Assembly (NCBI GenBank): GCA_041287865.1
Contig: JBGGMV010000037.1
Location: 4,614-68,613, forward strand
Direction of reading: 5' to 3'
Length of the DNA stretch: 64,000 nucleotides
Origin: Alphaproteobacteria bacterium
Lineage (GTDB): Bacteria > Pseudomonadota > Alphaproteobacteria > Micavibrionales > UBA2020
The notes under the pieces were generated by a model. That model was not told where the DNA came from, ran no database searches, and saw only the letters and a program-made list of their open reading frames with translations. Made by a program: the position numbers and the translations under genes. Positions 37,038 to 46,573 of this stretch are shown here, in pieces. How positions within the stretch are numbered: the first letter of the stretch is position 1; each line of letters begins with the position of its first letter.

Positions 37038-37691
37038 ATGGCGGAACGCCAGAAGAAATCGTTGATTCGCAAATTTGCGACAGCTGCGGCGAAAACCGTC
37101 GCCGTGGCGGCGCTCGCCTATGGCGCGTGGTTCGGCGCGTTTTACGCAGGCCGCGGCGAGACGCTGACGAAGGGCGAGACGCAGGCGGTCGAAGGCATTT
37201 TCGGCGACCAGCTGGATGCTTCCATGATCCGCAAGCACTTCCGCAACCAGAGCAGCGTCACGCATGTGATGGGCAATACGCGCGGCATGGTGATGCCGCC
37301 CTTCAGCCATATCGACTTCTTCGGGCCCGACGCGCAGTCGAAAGACTACAGCAAAGAAGGCATCGGCAAATTCGGCCTCTTCATGCATGAAGTCACGCAT
37401 ACATGGCAGGGCCAGAACCTGAAATTTTCCACGAAAGCCTTCCGCCGCTACGACTACGATTACATGCTGCGCCCCACGTCGCAGTTCAGGGATTTCGGCA
37501 CGGAACAGCAGGCGGAGATTGTCGAGAATTACGCCGAGCGCTGGATACACCGCGACGGCATCATAGAGCCGCGCACGGCGAAAGACACGCTGGTCATGAA
37601 TGTGGTCGAAAGACAATTCCCGCGCGCAAAGGCAACGCGCGACAGCGTCTGGCGCGCAAACGCGCCAAAAGCGAATACCCTCAAAACCTGA
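37038..37691 (+). CDS. Membrane-anchored HExxHxxQ (DUF4157-like zincin motif) protein, paralogue 2
   Basis: 217 aa, collinear with paralogue 1: IFGDQLDASMIRKH ... IDFFGPDAQSKDY ... LFMHEVTHTWQGQN. Confidence 0.7.
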   Translation: MAERQKKSLIRKFATAAAKTVAVAALAYGAWFGAFYAGRGETLTKGETQAVEGIFGDQLDASMIRKHFRNQSSVTHVMGNTRGMVMPPFSHIDFFGPDAQSKDYSKEGIGKFGLFMHEVTHTWQGQNLKFSTKAFRRYDYDYMLRPTSQFRDFGTEQQAEIVENYAERWIHRDGIIEPRTAKDTLVMNVVERQFPRAKATRDSVWRANAPKANTLKT

Positions 37692-37694
37692 GAA

Positions 37695-38372
37695 TTAATA
37701 GTTCGGCTTAATTTTCTTGACCGGCAGGTCGGCGGCGACGGGTTCGTCGTCGATCATCTCGATCATGCCGTTTTCGGTCATCGAGAAGCGCGCGGAGAAA
37801 AGCGCGTTGCCGTAGAGAACCATGGCCGACGCCTCGTGCGCACCTTCGGCCGAGCGGCCTTCGAAAGCGGCGGGGCGGATCGCGTCCTCGATCACCTTGC
37901 GGGTGTTCGGGTCCAGTTTCGCCTGGTCGATCGCGGGGTGGTTGATGTCTTCCACGATCAGGAAGGGCCCTTCGTCGCCATGGACGAAGTAGCAGAAGAA
38001 ACGCAGGTATTCGAGGTTGTTGGCGTCGGTCACCTTGATCGGATCGGCTTCGTTCGCGTCATGGATGGGAGCAGACGAACCGTCGAGCAGGAACATGCGG
38101 CCCTGTTTGGCCAAAAACCAGAAGGGGCCGGTGCCGGCGGACCAGGCGCTGTCGTTCACGCGCACAAGGCCGATCGAGGTGTAGAAGGGCAGCTGGCACC
38201 ACTCGGCGGTGCCGGTGGCGGCGGAGGCGTTATGCTTGCCCTGGATGGGGTTGACCAGCTTGAGGAAGGGCTCGAGCTGAGCGCCGCTGACCTTTTGCCA
38301 GTTATACTGATCGAACATCGTATTTGGAGCCTTTCCAGAAGGTTGCTGTGCAGCCTGTGTTGATGTTGTCAT
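37695..38372 (-). CDS. Hypothetical protein (225 aa)
   Basis: Intact ORF with normal GC and no overlapping better-supported gene. It is convergent with the HExxH pair, and the stops are 3 nt apart. No family recognised. Confidence 0.55.
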   Translation of the reverse strand: MTTSTQAAQQPSGKAPNTMFDQYNWQKVSGAQLEPFLKLVNPIQGKHNASAATGTAEWCQLPFYTSIGLVRVNDSAWSAGTGPFWFLAKQGRMFLLDGSSAPIHDANEADPIKVTDANNLEYLRFFCYFVHGDEGPFLIVEDINHPAIDQAKLDPNTRKVIEDAIRPAAFEGRSAEGAHEASAMVLYGNALFSARFSMTENGMIEMIDDEPVAADLPVKKIKPNY

Positions 38373-38416
38373 GACTTCCCCGCTATTGCAAGAGTTTGAA
38401 ATTCAAGCCTTTAATA

Positions 38417-39586
38417 TTATGCTGCCGTGCGCAATTTGTCCAGTAGTCTATCCATAAAGTTCTCGCACTTCACGATTTGTTCCTTGGCAATGAACTCGTT
38501 GGGCTTGTGCGCCTGGGCGATAGAACCGGGGCCGCAGACGACCGTCGGGATGCCTTTATTGTGGAAGATGCCGGCCTCGGTGGCGAAGCTGACCTTTTCC
38601 GTGGCGTTTGAACCGGACAGGGACAGGACGAAATCGACCATCGGGTTGTCGTTGGCGATATCGAAGGATTTGACGCCGGCGGTGTATTTGAAATCGAAGC
38701 CCGTCTTGGGGTCGATGTCCTTCATGCGGGGTTCAAGGTGCTTGAAGGCATACTGGCGGATTTCTTCCAGAATGTCCTCGGAATTGACCTCGGGGATGTT
38801 GCGCACCTCGATGGCGAATTCGCAGTGGTTGGGCACGATGTTCAGCGCCGTACCGCCCTTGATGATGCCGACGTGGACGGTGGTGAAGGGCGGATCGAAC
38901 TGGCGGTTGAAGGGGCCTTCGTTCTGGATGCGGCGCGCGATCGATTTCGTATGCGCGATCAGCTCGGCTGCATATTCGACAGCGTTGACGGAGTAAGGTG
39001 CCAGCGAGGAATGCGATTCCTTGCCGTGCACCGTGCATTCCAGATCGCAAATGCCTTTGTGGCCGGTAATCGTCTTCATCAGCGTGGGTTCGCCCACGAC
39101 GCAAAGCTTGGGTTTTACGCCTGCCTGCACGATATGGTCGGCAAGGCTATGCGCGCCAAGGCAGCCAAGCTCTTCGTCATACGAGAGCGCGAAGTGGATG
39201 GGGCTGTTCAGCGGACGCTTCACCATCTCGGGAAGCTTGGCGAGGGCGACGGCGATAAAACCCTTCATGTCGCAGGTGCCGCGCGCGAAAAGATGTTCGT
39301 TCTGGTCGCGGAGCACAAAGGGATCGCTGTCCCATGCCTGACCCTCGACCGGCACCACATCGGTATGGCCGGAGAGGACAACACCGGCTTTGTCAGCGGG
39401 GCCGACGATGGCGTGGAGGTTGGCTTTTTTCTTCGTCTCGTCGTAGACGAGCTGCGACTTGATCCCGTAGCCTTCGAGGTAGTTCTGCACCCAGTGGATG
39501 AGCTCGAGGTTGCTCTTGACCGAGGTCGTGTCGAAGGAGACCAGCCTGGCCAGCATCTCCTGGCTTGAAAGAACGGTTTTCGTCAT
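38417..39586 (-). CDS. argE: Acetylornithine deacetylase (M20 peptidase family)
   Basis: The internal start MTKTVLSSQEMLARLVSFDTTSVKSN of ORF 38417-39745 was chosen. M20 motifs LSGHTDVVP and GTCDMKG are present. Confidence 0.85.
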   Translation of the reverse strand: MTKTVLSSQEMLARLVSFDTTSVKSNLELIHWVQNYLEGYGIKSQLVYDETKKKANLHAIVGPADKAGVVLSGHTDVVPVEGQAWDSDPFVLRDQNEHLFARGTCDMKGFIAVALAKLPEMVKRPLNSPIHFALSYDEELGCLGAHSLADHIVQAGVKPKLCVVGEPTLMKTITGHKGICDLECTVHGKESHSSLAPYSVNAVEYAAELIAHTKSIARRIQNEGPFNRQFDPPFTTVHVGIIKGGTALNIVPNHCEFAIEVRNIPEVNSEDILEEIRQYAFKHLEPRMKDIDPKTGFDFKYTAGVKSFDIANDNPMVDFVLSLSGSNATEKVSFATEAGIFHNKGIPTVVCGPGSIAQAHKPNEFIAKEQIVKCENFMDRLLDKLRTAA

Positions 39587-39658
39587 GGTGGCGCTGCCTT
39601 CCTGCACGGTATATAATGGGTTCAAAATAAGCTTTTTTGGGCATTTTTCAACGCCCAA

Positions 39659-40531
39659 ATGAATCAGGAAGATAGCGTGCAGGACGTCCTTATTTGTCAA
39701 AAACCGCCCAAACAGGCCGCCCCGCTGGTGCTGGACAGCCCGCATAGCGGCAATGTTTACCCTAAGGACTTCAAATACGACTGCCCCAAGGCCTGGCTGG
39801 CCGAAACCGAGGACGCCTTCGTCGACGAGATTTTCGGGCAGGCCCCGCAGCTGGGCGTGCCGCTGCTGGCGGCCCTTTTCCCGCGCTGCTATATCGACGC
39901 CAACCGGGCTGAGGACGATATCGACCCGCTGCTGCTGGAGGGCACATGGCCCGGCACCGCCAACCCGACGGCAAGATCCGCGATGGGCGTGGGGCTGATA
40001 CGCCGCTTGTTCAAGCAGAACGACCCGCAGCCCATCTACAGCCGCCCGCTGACGGTTTCAGAGATTGAACACCGCATAAACGCCTATTACAGGCCCTATC
40101 ACAAGGCTTTGAGCGAATTGCTGGACGCGACGCACCGCGATTTCGGCGCGGTCTATCACATCAACTGCCATTCGATGCCCTGTTCACCGGGCGGGGCCAC
40201 GCGCCATATGCCGGATATCGTGCTGGGCGACCGCGACGGCACGACCTGCGATGCCAGCTTCACGCAGTTCGCGGCAAAAAGTTTGAAAGAGATGGGATAT
40301 CGCGTCGCCATCAACAAGCCTTACAAGGGCGTCGAGATTTTGCGCCGCCATGCCGCGCCCGCCCAGAATCGCCACAGCCTGCAGATCGAGCTCAGGCGCG
40401 GGCTCTACATGGACGAGGCCTCCCGCCGCAAGACGCCGGGCTTTGCGCGGATGCGCAAAAACATGACCCTGTTCGTGACCCAGATGATTGATTTTACACG
40501 GAAAAATTCGATCGATCTGGCCGCCGATTAA
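39659..40531 (+). CDS. N-formylglutamate amidohydrolase family protein
   Basis: 290 aa with LVLDSPHSGNVYP, YIDANR and HINCHSMP, all typical of the FGase family. Confidence 0.85.
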   Translation: MNQEDSVQDVLICQKPPKQAAPLVLDSPHSGNVYPKDFKYDCPKAWLAETEDAFVDEIFGQAPQLGVPLLAALFPRCYIDANRAEDDIDPLLLEGTWPGTANPTARSAMGVGLIRRLFKQNDPQPIYSRPLTVSEIEHRINAYYRPYHKALSELLDATHRDFGAVYHINCHSMPCSPGGATRHMPDIVLGDRDGTTCDASFTQFAAKSLKEMGYRVAINKPYKGVEILRRHAAPAQNRHSLQIELRRGLYMDEASRRKTPGFARMRKNMTLFVTQMIDFTRKNSIDLAAD

Positions 40532-40555
40532 CCGGCTTTCTATTCACATAGTATA

Positions 40556-40584
40556 TTGACATAAACAAACCGCAGGTGCTAGAA
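40556..40584 (+). promoter_or_regulatory. Candidate sigma-70-type promoter upstream of the 437-aa gene
   Basis: TTGACA (40556-40561), a 17-nt spacer, then CTAGAA. The -35 sits inside the 12-mer TATATTGACATA, which also occurs at 30303-30314. Confidence 0.3.
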
Positions 40585-40647
40585 CGGGGACACCTTTTCA
40601 AGCAACTGCGGGCGGTTTAACGCCTGCCATTCACAGCGGGTGATCCC

Positions 40648-41961
40648 ATGGCCGACATCAAAGACCTCGAATTCAAAGACACAGGCCTGCCCAACGATCC
40701 CGCCGTTTTCCGCGCCTACCGTCTCTACCAGAAAAACGCCGAAAGCTATGCGGATGAATCCGGCCTGCCGCAGGATTTCCCGCTGAAGGTCGCGCGCGCC
40801 GTGCGCGCCGCTTCGGGCGACGCCAACACGACCGCGCTGGCGCTGCTGATGTCCATCCCCGCCCCCGCCTATAGCGCGGTTGAAAAACAATTCGGCGCCG
40901 ACACCGTGAAGCAGCTGGACACAGCATGGAGCCATGAGCGCACCGGCTTCGCCTATATCGAGGACGCGCCGCCCGCGATCAAGGCGCTTGCCGCGGCTTC
41001 CGCCGCCGTCGCCTTCGACAATTTCATCGAAGCCGCTGCAACAGTTTCCGAGAAATTATTGCGCGTACCCGCAAAAGCAGATTTGAAAAAAGCAGCCCCG
41101 CAGCTGGTGCTGCCCGAACCCCGCGTCTATGAAATGCTGGCCGGCCGCCTTGAGGGCGAGGCTGCCGTGGCCTACGACCAGAAATTCGCCGCATATCAAA
41201 ACGCTTACGAAAGCTACCGTCAGGAGCTGGATTTCGTCGGCATCGTCGTGCCCAAGAAAGACGCGGCAAAGCCTGAAAATCCGGCCTTCGATGAAACCGG
41301 CCTGATGGAAGACCCGACGGTGAAGGCGGCTTACGAGCTGGTGACGCGTCACCCCGGCGCAAGCCCGCGCACCGTGAACGACGCCGTGCTTTTTGGCAAG
41401 CTGCTGGGCAGCTTCGCGCCCGAAGAAAACCCCTCGGTCATCGCCGCCGGCATCATGCAGGCAGGGCTACAGGGCATCACGCGCGACGATATCGGCTTTT
41501 TGCAAAAACGTCTGGGCGGCGAAGTCGGCCAGATCATGGAAACCTTCAACGTGCGCGACGCGCTGATGCGCGACCGCTCCGCCCTCGACAAATGCCCCGA
41601 CGAATTCCGCCAGATGGCGCTGGCCTATGGCATCGTGATGATGGACAACGCCAAGCAAAGCGGCGAACGCGTGCTGAAGCAATTGAAGGAAGGCGCCGAC
41701 GTCATCCCCGAAGACGCCTACAAGGAAATCAAGCTGATCGGCTTCAAGCCGCTCTTCGCGCTTGCCATGGCCATGCCGATGATCATGGAACCGCTCCGTG
41801 GCCGCACCGGCGCACCCGCGCTGGAAAAAGCGTTCGAGGAAGAACATTCCCGCCTGCAACATTTCGTGCAGCAGAACATGCCCGAAATGCCCGACCTGAA
41901 GGCGCTGCCGACGCAAGTGATGGCGGCAGGACCGCGCCGCCGCCCGCGCATCGGGATGTAA
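40648..41961 (+). CDS. Hypothetical internally duplicated protein (437 aa), paralogue of 42368-43711
   Basis: Two repeats, each starting (D/E)TGL..DP.V..AY. The repeats faintly resemble a RelA/SpoT HD domain whose H and D residues are replaced (ALALLMSIP..VEKQFGADTVKQL). The C-terminus is basic. Confidence 0.7.
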   Translation: MADIKDLEFKDTGLPNDPAVFRAYRLYQKNAESYADESGLPQDFPLKVARAVRAASGDANTTALALLMSIPAPAYSAVEKQFGADTVKQLDTAWSHERTGFAYIEDAPPAIKALAAASAAVAFDNFIEAAATVSEKLLRVPAKADLKKAAPQLVLPEPRVYEMLAGRLEGEAAVAYDQKFAAYQNAYESYRQELDFVGIVVPKKDAAKPENPAFDETGLMEDPTVKAAYELVTRHPGASPRTVNDAVLFGKLLGSFAPEENPSVIAAGIMQAGLQGITRDDIGFLQKRLGGEVGQIMETFNVRDALMRDRSALDKCPDEFRQMALAYGIVMMDNAKQSGERVLKQLKEGADVIPEDAYKEIKLIGFKPLFALAMAMPMIMEPLRGRTGAPALEKAFEEEHSRLQHFVQQNMPEMPDLKALPTQVMAAGPRRRPRIGM

Positions 41962-41998
41962 TTCGGACTTAAATTGCCATAATCATATTCCCATAGCA

Positions 41999-42027
41999 TT
42001 GACGCTCCCTGTAGGGGGTGCTAAAAA
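41999..42027 (+). promoter_or_regulatory. Candidate promoter upstream of the small ORF
   Basis: TTGACG (41999-42004), a 17-nt spacer, then TAAAAA (42022-42027). Confidence 0.3.
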
Positions 42028-42058
42028 CGATTCCACTCATTTTTATGGAATCGCAACT

Positions 42059-42355
42059 ATGTCGCTCAAAGAAGACCTTATGAATTCCCCCAAGCTGGAC
42101 GCGCGCCTCAGGGCGAGCCTCGCCTTCCTTGATGATGCGACCGATCCGGCGGCTCCCCTCTTCAGCCTTTTCGTGAAGGTGAGCGGCACGGGCGCGCTCG
42201 ATACGAAACAAGTCCATGTGAACATCATCGCCGGCGATATCGGCACGGCGCATAACGTCTCGCTGAACGGCCTCAAGGAACTGGTCGACAATCCTCGCGT
42301 CAATTACCTGCAGGGCAGCACCAAGATGCGTCCCAACAACGGCCCCCGCTTTTAA
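42059..42355 (+). CDS. Small hypothetical protein (98 aa; start uncertain)
   Basis: In-frame part of ORF 41999-42355, starting at MSLKEDLM downstream of the candidate promoter. It lies between the two paralogues. No family recognised. Confidence 0.45.
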   Translation: MSLKEDLMNSPKLDARLRASLAFLDDATDPAAPLFSLFVKVSGTGALDTKQVHVNIIAGDIGTAHNVSLNGLKELVDNPRVNYLQGSTKMRPNNGPRF

Positions 42356-42367
42356 GGAGCAATCCCC

Positions 42368-43711
42368 ATGACCGATTACCGCGAAACAGGCCTGCCGCAG
42401 GACCCGACCGTTTTCAGGGCCTTCAAGACCTACGAGAAAAACGCGAAAGACGCCGCCGCCGAACTGGGCCTGTCGGAAGATTTCCCCGTGCGCGTGGCGC
42501 AGGCGATCAATACGACCATGGCAGCCGACAGCACGCTGCTATCTGCCGCGCTTCTTTCCGTCGTGCCGCGCCCGTCGTGGGATATCATCGAGAAAAACTT
42601 CGGCAAGGCCACGACCGCCCTGATGGAAGAAGCCGACCTGCACAATCGCACCGGATACGCCTATATCGACCAGGCGTCGGAGCCCGTGAAGGCGATCGCG
42701 CTGGCATCGGCCATCGCTGCTTTCAGCGAATTCAAGACGATTTCCGAAGGCATCGAGCAGGCGGTGACGAAAGTCATCAGCGGGCAGGCGCCGATGGAAT
42801 CGCTGCAGCAGAAAATGATGATGATGCCGAACGTGGAGGTCTATGCGCACCTGCAAAAGGCCCTCTCGGACAAGAGCGGCTCGCCCGCACTGGAAGCGCT
42901 GTTCCAGGAACGTTTCGACGCTTTCCGCGAAGCGCGCGAAGCACATAACGAAAAACTGGCCGAGATGGGCATCGTCTTCACCATGCCGGGCCAGCCGATG
43001 CCGGGCATGGCATCCGCCGAACTCCGCTTCCCCGCGTTTGAGGACACCGGCCTGCTGGACGACGCCAAGGTGCGCGCCGTTTACGAGGTCATCACCAACC
43101 ACCCCCGCGTTCAGCCCGATGATTTCGAGGGCGCGCTGGCGGCCGCGAAAATGCTGTCGGAACTGCCCGCATCGAAAAACCCGACCGCGATTGCCGGCGC
43201 TTTGCTTGATGTCGGCCTGCGTTCGCTCGGCCCCGACGACCATCAGTTCCTGAAAACGAAAATCGACTGGGATGTGCTGGAACTGCTCTCCGCCCATAGC
43301 GTGCGCGACCCGCTCACCCCTGCCGCGCTGAAAGCAGCGCCGGAGGAATTCCAGCAGATCGTGATCGCCAATGCGACAGCTGCCCTCGGCCACGCCAAGG
43401 AAGGCATCAAGGGCGCTCTTGAATCACTCGACCAGCAGGATTTTGCCATGCCGGAAGAAATGACCATGCCGCCCGAGCTGAAAATGATGATGAAGATGCA
43501 GGCCTTGCAGCAGCTCGATATGCTGGCCGCAATGTCGCGCCACATGATCGGCCCGGTGCTGGGCCACACGGCTGCGCCCGAGCTTGAAAAAGCCTACGAG
43601 CAGAGCCTGAAAGACGCGCAGCAATTCATCCGCGACAACGCGCCGAAGCAGCAAAAACTGCTGCCCCCGCCGCCCCGCAAAAAGCCCGGCAACGATTTCA
43701 CGTTTGACTGA
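42368..43711 (+). CDS. Hypothetical internally duplicated protein (447 aa), paralogue of 40648-41961
   Basis: Collinear with the 437-aa protein: ETGLPQDPTVFRAFKTYEKNA...; FEDTGLLDDAKVRAVYEVITNHP... Met-rich stretches (KMMMMP, LKMMMKMQ). Basic C-terminus PPPPRKKPGNDFTFD. Confidence 0.7.
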   Translation: MTDYRETGLPQDPTVFRAFKTYEKNAKDAAAELGLSEDFPVRVAQAINTTMAADSTLLSAALLSVVPRPSWDIIEKNFGKATTALMEEADLHNRTGYAYIDQASEPVKAIALASAIAAFSEFKTISEGIEQAVTKVISGQAPMESLQQKMMMMPNVEVYAHLQKALSDKSGSPALEALFQERFDAFREAREAHNEKLAEMGIVFTMPGQPMPGMASAELRFPAFEDTGLLDDAKVRAVYEVITNHPRVQPDDFEGALAAAKMLSELPASKNPTAIAGALLDVGLRSLGPDDHQFLKTKIDWDVLELLSAHSVRDPLTPAALKAAPEEFQQIVIANATAALGHAKEGIKGALESLDQQDFAMPEEMTMPPELKMMMKMQALQQLDMLAAMSRHMIGPVLGHTAAPELEKAYEQSLKDAQQFIRDNAPKQQKLLPPPPRKKPGNDFTFD

Positions 43712-44248
43712 TTAGTCGAGCTTCTTGAGGTTTTGTTCCGAGAAGGCGCAAGTGATCGACGCGCCGCGCACCAGTTCGGGCACATCGAAGGTGCGCTTCA
43801 GCCCCGCCGCCAGGTCGTCGTCCAGCGCGTAAAGGCTGGTGCAGGCGATACGCGCATCAGGCGGGCCTTCCACCACCGGGCAGAAGATGATTTTTTGCCC
43901 TTCCTTGTCGAACAATCCCTGCATCTGCGTGACGCCGCGCCGGTTGTTCTCGCGCGTCAGGGTGATATTTACGCGGCTGCCCGCAGGGATCGAGAATCCG
44001 GTTTCTTCAAAAGGTGCCCAGGCTTTGCCGAAAAGCGCCGTGCCGCGGCCCGCGCGGCAGATCAGGCGCGGGGCCGCGCCCGTAGGGGCCGCCAGCGCCG
44101 CCACTTCGCTATCCAGCGGGTGAAATTGCTGCTGGGTGCCGCCCGGCCACGACAGGCTGGGCATGCTCCAGCCGCCGCCCGCGCAGGCCGACAGCAGCAG
44201 GCAGGCCACAAGGGGGGCGAAAGGGGATATTTTACGTGCGAAAGACAT
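43712..44248 (-). CDS. Hypothetical lipoprotein (178 aa)
   Basis: Lipobox LLLSAC at the N-terminus. The stop directly abuts the stop of the 447-aa gene. Confidence 0.6.
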   Translation of the reverse strand: MSFARKISPFAPLVACLLLSACAGGGWSMPSLSWPGGTQQQFHPLDSEVAALAAPTGAAPRLICRAGRGTALFGKAWAPFEETGFSIPAGSRVNITLTRENNRRGVTQMQGLFDKEGQKIIFCPVVEGPPDARIACTSLYALDDDLAAGLKRTFDVPELVRGASITCAFSEQNLKKLD

Positions 44249-44361
44249 GACTTGTTTTTCCGGTATAAGTTATATCTTAATAGAAACCGGACACGGGCGC
44301 AAATCTATCCGGCATCCTGTCCGTTTCACGAAATGCGACTTCAGGTAAAGGAAGCATCCCC

Positions 44362-45513
44362 TTGTTCCGCCGCGCGACACTGTTCCACTTCTTCGGCTTT
44401 CCGGTCAAGGCGGATGCCAGCTGGGTGTTTTTATCCGTGCTGCTGATGTGGACACTGTCCACCAAAATCTTCCCCTACTCGCTGCCGAAACTCGACCTGC
44501 AGACCTACCAGATCATGGGCTTCGCGGCGCTGGTGGGGATTTTCGTTTCCATCATCGCGCACGAAGTCGCCCATGCGGTGATCGCCGAATATTATCATAT
44601 GCCGATCGAGAGCATCACGCTCTTCATCTTCGGCGGCGTGGCCGAAATGCGCGGCGACCCCAGTCACCCCAAGGGCGAATTCCTGATGGCCATCGCGGGG
44701 CCGGTGATGAGCGGGCTGATGGGCCTGTTTTTCTGGGCGGCGGCGGAACTGTACCAGCTGTACTTCCGGCCTGGCCCCACGACGGAAGTTTTAATCTACC
44801 TTGGCAATATCAACCTGCTGATCGCGGTCTTCAACATGGTGCCGGCCTTCCCGCTCGACGGCGGCCGCGCGCTCCGCGCCGTGATCTGGAAGATGAAGAA
44901 CAATCTGGTTCTTGCGACGCGCATCGCCTCGAACCTCGGCGCTGCCTTCGCCTACGGGCTGATGGCCTATGCGTGCTATAAAGTCGTCTGGTGGAACCAG
45001 CTGGGCGCGGCCTTCTGGTGGGGGATGCTGGGCTATTTCGTGCTGGCCGCCGGCTCCTACGCGGTGAAGCAGACGGAAAACCGCTCGCTGCTGGGCGCCG
45101 AAACGGTGTCACGCTTTATGCACGACCAGATCGTGCCCGTCTCCCCCGACCTTGTGCTGAACGACCTTGTCGAAAATTTCGTCTCGAAACATTACCAGCG
45201 CGTCTATCCCGTGGTGGACAGGGGCCAGCTGGTGGGCGTTATCACGCTGCAGTCCCTGCTGTCGATGGACAGGTCGAAATGGCTCTGGCTGCATGTCAGC
45301 AGCGTGATGGAGCCGGTGACCGCAGACAATACCGTGTCGTCATCCTATAACGCCGCCGAAGCGCTCGACCTGATGCAGCGCCACCAGCGCGACCAGTTGC
45401 TCATCGCCGACGACGGCAAATTCATGGGGGCGGTCGCGCTCCGCGACCTCGCGGCTTTCCTGTCGATCACCAAGAAGATCGATTACAACAAGCCTGTCGT
45501 TCACAGTAAATAA
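44362..45513 (+). CDS. Site-2 protease (M50) family metalloprotease with C-terminal CBS pair
   Basis: 383 aa with the HEVAHAVIA zinc motif in a TM helix, NMVPAFPLDGGR, and then CBS-like repeats. Confidence 0.85.
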   Translation: MFRRATLFHFFGFPVKADASWVFLSVLLMWTLSTKIFPYSLPKLDLQTYQIMGFAALVGIFVSIIAHEVAHAVIAEYYHMPIESITLFIFGGVAEMRGDPSHPKGEFLMAIAGPVMSGLMGLFFWAAAELYQLYFRPGPTTEVLIYLGNINLLIAVFNMVPAFPLDGGRALRAVIWKMKNNLVLATRIASNLGAAFAYGLMAYACYKVVWWNQLGAAFWWGMLGYFVLAAGSYAVKQTENRSLLGAETVSRFMHDQIVPVSPDLVLNDLVENFVSKHYQRVYPVVDRGQLVGVITLQSLLSMDRSKWLWLHVSSVMEPVTADNTVSSSYNAAEALDLMQRHQRDQLLIADDGKFMGAVALRDLAAFLSITKKIDYNKPVVHSK

Positions 45514-46203
45514 TTACGCCGTAGCCTTACGCTCGAAAGCGCCGCCGTGGTCGCGCGACCATTCGGCGGGGGCGGCGAGGAATTTTTCGACCTCGACGAA
45601 GACTTCCTCCGGATAGCGCTTGCGTGCCTTGGCTTCGGCCAGCACGTCTTTCCATGTGGCCAGCGCATGCAGTTTCAGACCCGCATCGCCGAAGATTTTC
45701 GGGCTTTCGGTATAGATGCCGTAGAAGAAAACCGAGAATACATCGGTGACGACAGCGCCGCCGTCACGAAGCGCATTGGCAAAGGCGACTTTCGATGCGC
45801 CGTCGGTCGCGAGGTCTTCGACCAGCAGCACGCGGGCGCCTTCGGGCATATGGCCTTCGATCTGCGCGCCACGGCCGAAGCCTTTCGGCTTCTTGCGCAC
45901 GTAGAGCATCGGTTTATCCAGTTCTTCGGACATCCAGGCTGCGTAGGAGATACCAGCCGTTTCACCGCCCGCGATATAATCGACCTTCGAAATATCGCAG
46001 CTTGATGCCAGCAACTCGCAGCCCATGTTGGTGATTTCACGGCGGGCGTTTAAAAACGAGATCACCTTGCGGCAGTCGATATAGACCGGGCTCGCCCAGC
46101 CGGAGGTGAAGATATAGGGTTTATCCGAATTGAAATGGACGGCTTCGATATCCAGCAGCAGTTGCGCGGTGCGTCTTGCCGCTTTTTGCGTATCGAAGGC
46201 CAT
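45514..46203 (-). CDS. pyrE: Orotate phosphoribosyltransferase
   Basis: 229 aa with PRPP-binding motif VLLVEDLATDGASK. Confidence 0.9.
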   Translation of the reverse strand: MAFDTQKAARRTAQLLLDIEAVHFNSDKPYIFTSGWASPVYIDCRKVISFLNARREITNMGCELLASSCDISKVDYIAGGETAGISYAAWMSEELDKPMLYVRKKPKGFGRGAQIEGHMPEGARVLLVEDLATDGASKVAFANALRDGGAVVTDVFSVFFYGIYTESPKIFGDAGLKLHALATWKDVLAEAKARKRYPEEVFVEVEKFLAAPAEWSRDHGGAFERKATA

Positions 46204-46204
46204 C

Positions 46205-46519
46205 TTACCAGCTCCCCGGCCTGCGCGGCGGCTTGAAGATCCAGAAATTGCGGAGCAGGAACATGACGGTCAGGAAAGTGATTTCGATGCCGAGACCGGC
46301 GATGGCGATCAGCGGCAGGCGCCATTTTTCGTAGGCGGCGGGGCCGAAGATGACCTTGACGTTGAAGGCAGCCGCTGCCGAGACCATCAGGCAGGCCGCC
46401 ATCACCGACCAGTTGAAGATCGACAGCGCGCGCTTGTTCGCCCATTCGGGCTGGAAGGAAAAGAAGGCCCAGGCCACAAAGACGCCAAGACAGATGAGCA
46501 GCCCTACAAGCGGACCCAT
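46205..46519 (-). CDS. Small membrane protein (104 aa, 3 TM helices)
   Basis: Hydrophobic ORF packed tightly upstream of pyrE. No family recognised. Confidence 0.5.
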   Translation of the reverse strand: MGPLVGLLICLGVFVAWAFFSFQPEWANKRALSIFNWSVMAACLMVSAAAAFNVKVIFGPAAYEKWRLPLIAIAGLGIEITFLTVMFLLRNFWIFKPPRRPGSW

Positions 46520-46573
46520 GGATTCCCCTTAGATGGTTAAAAACGTCGCTATTTTATAACTTTTTTCCGGCCG

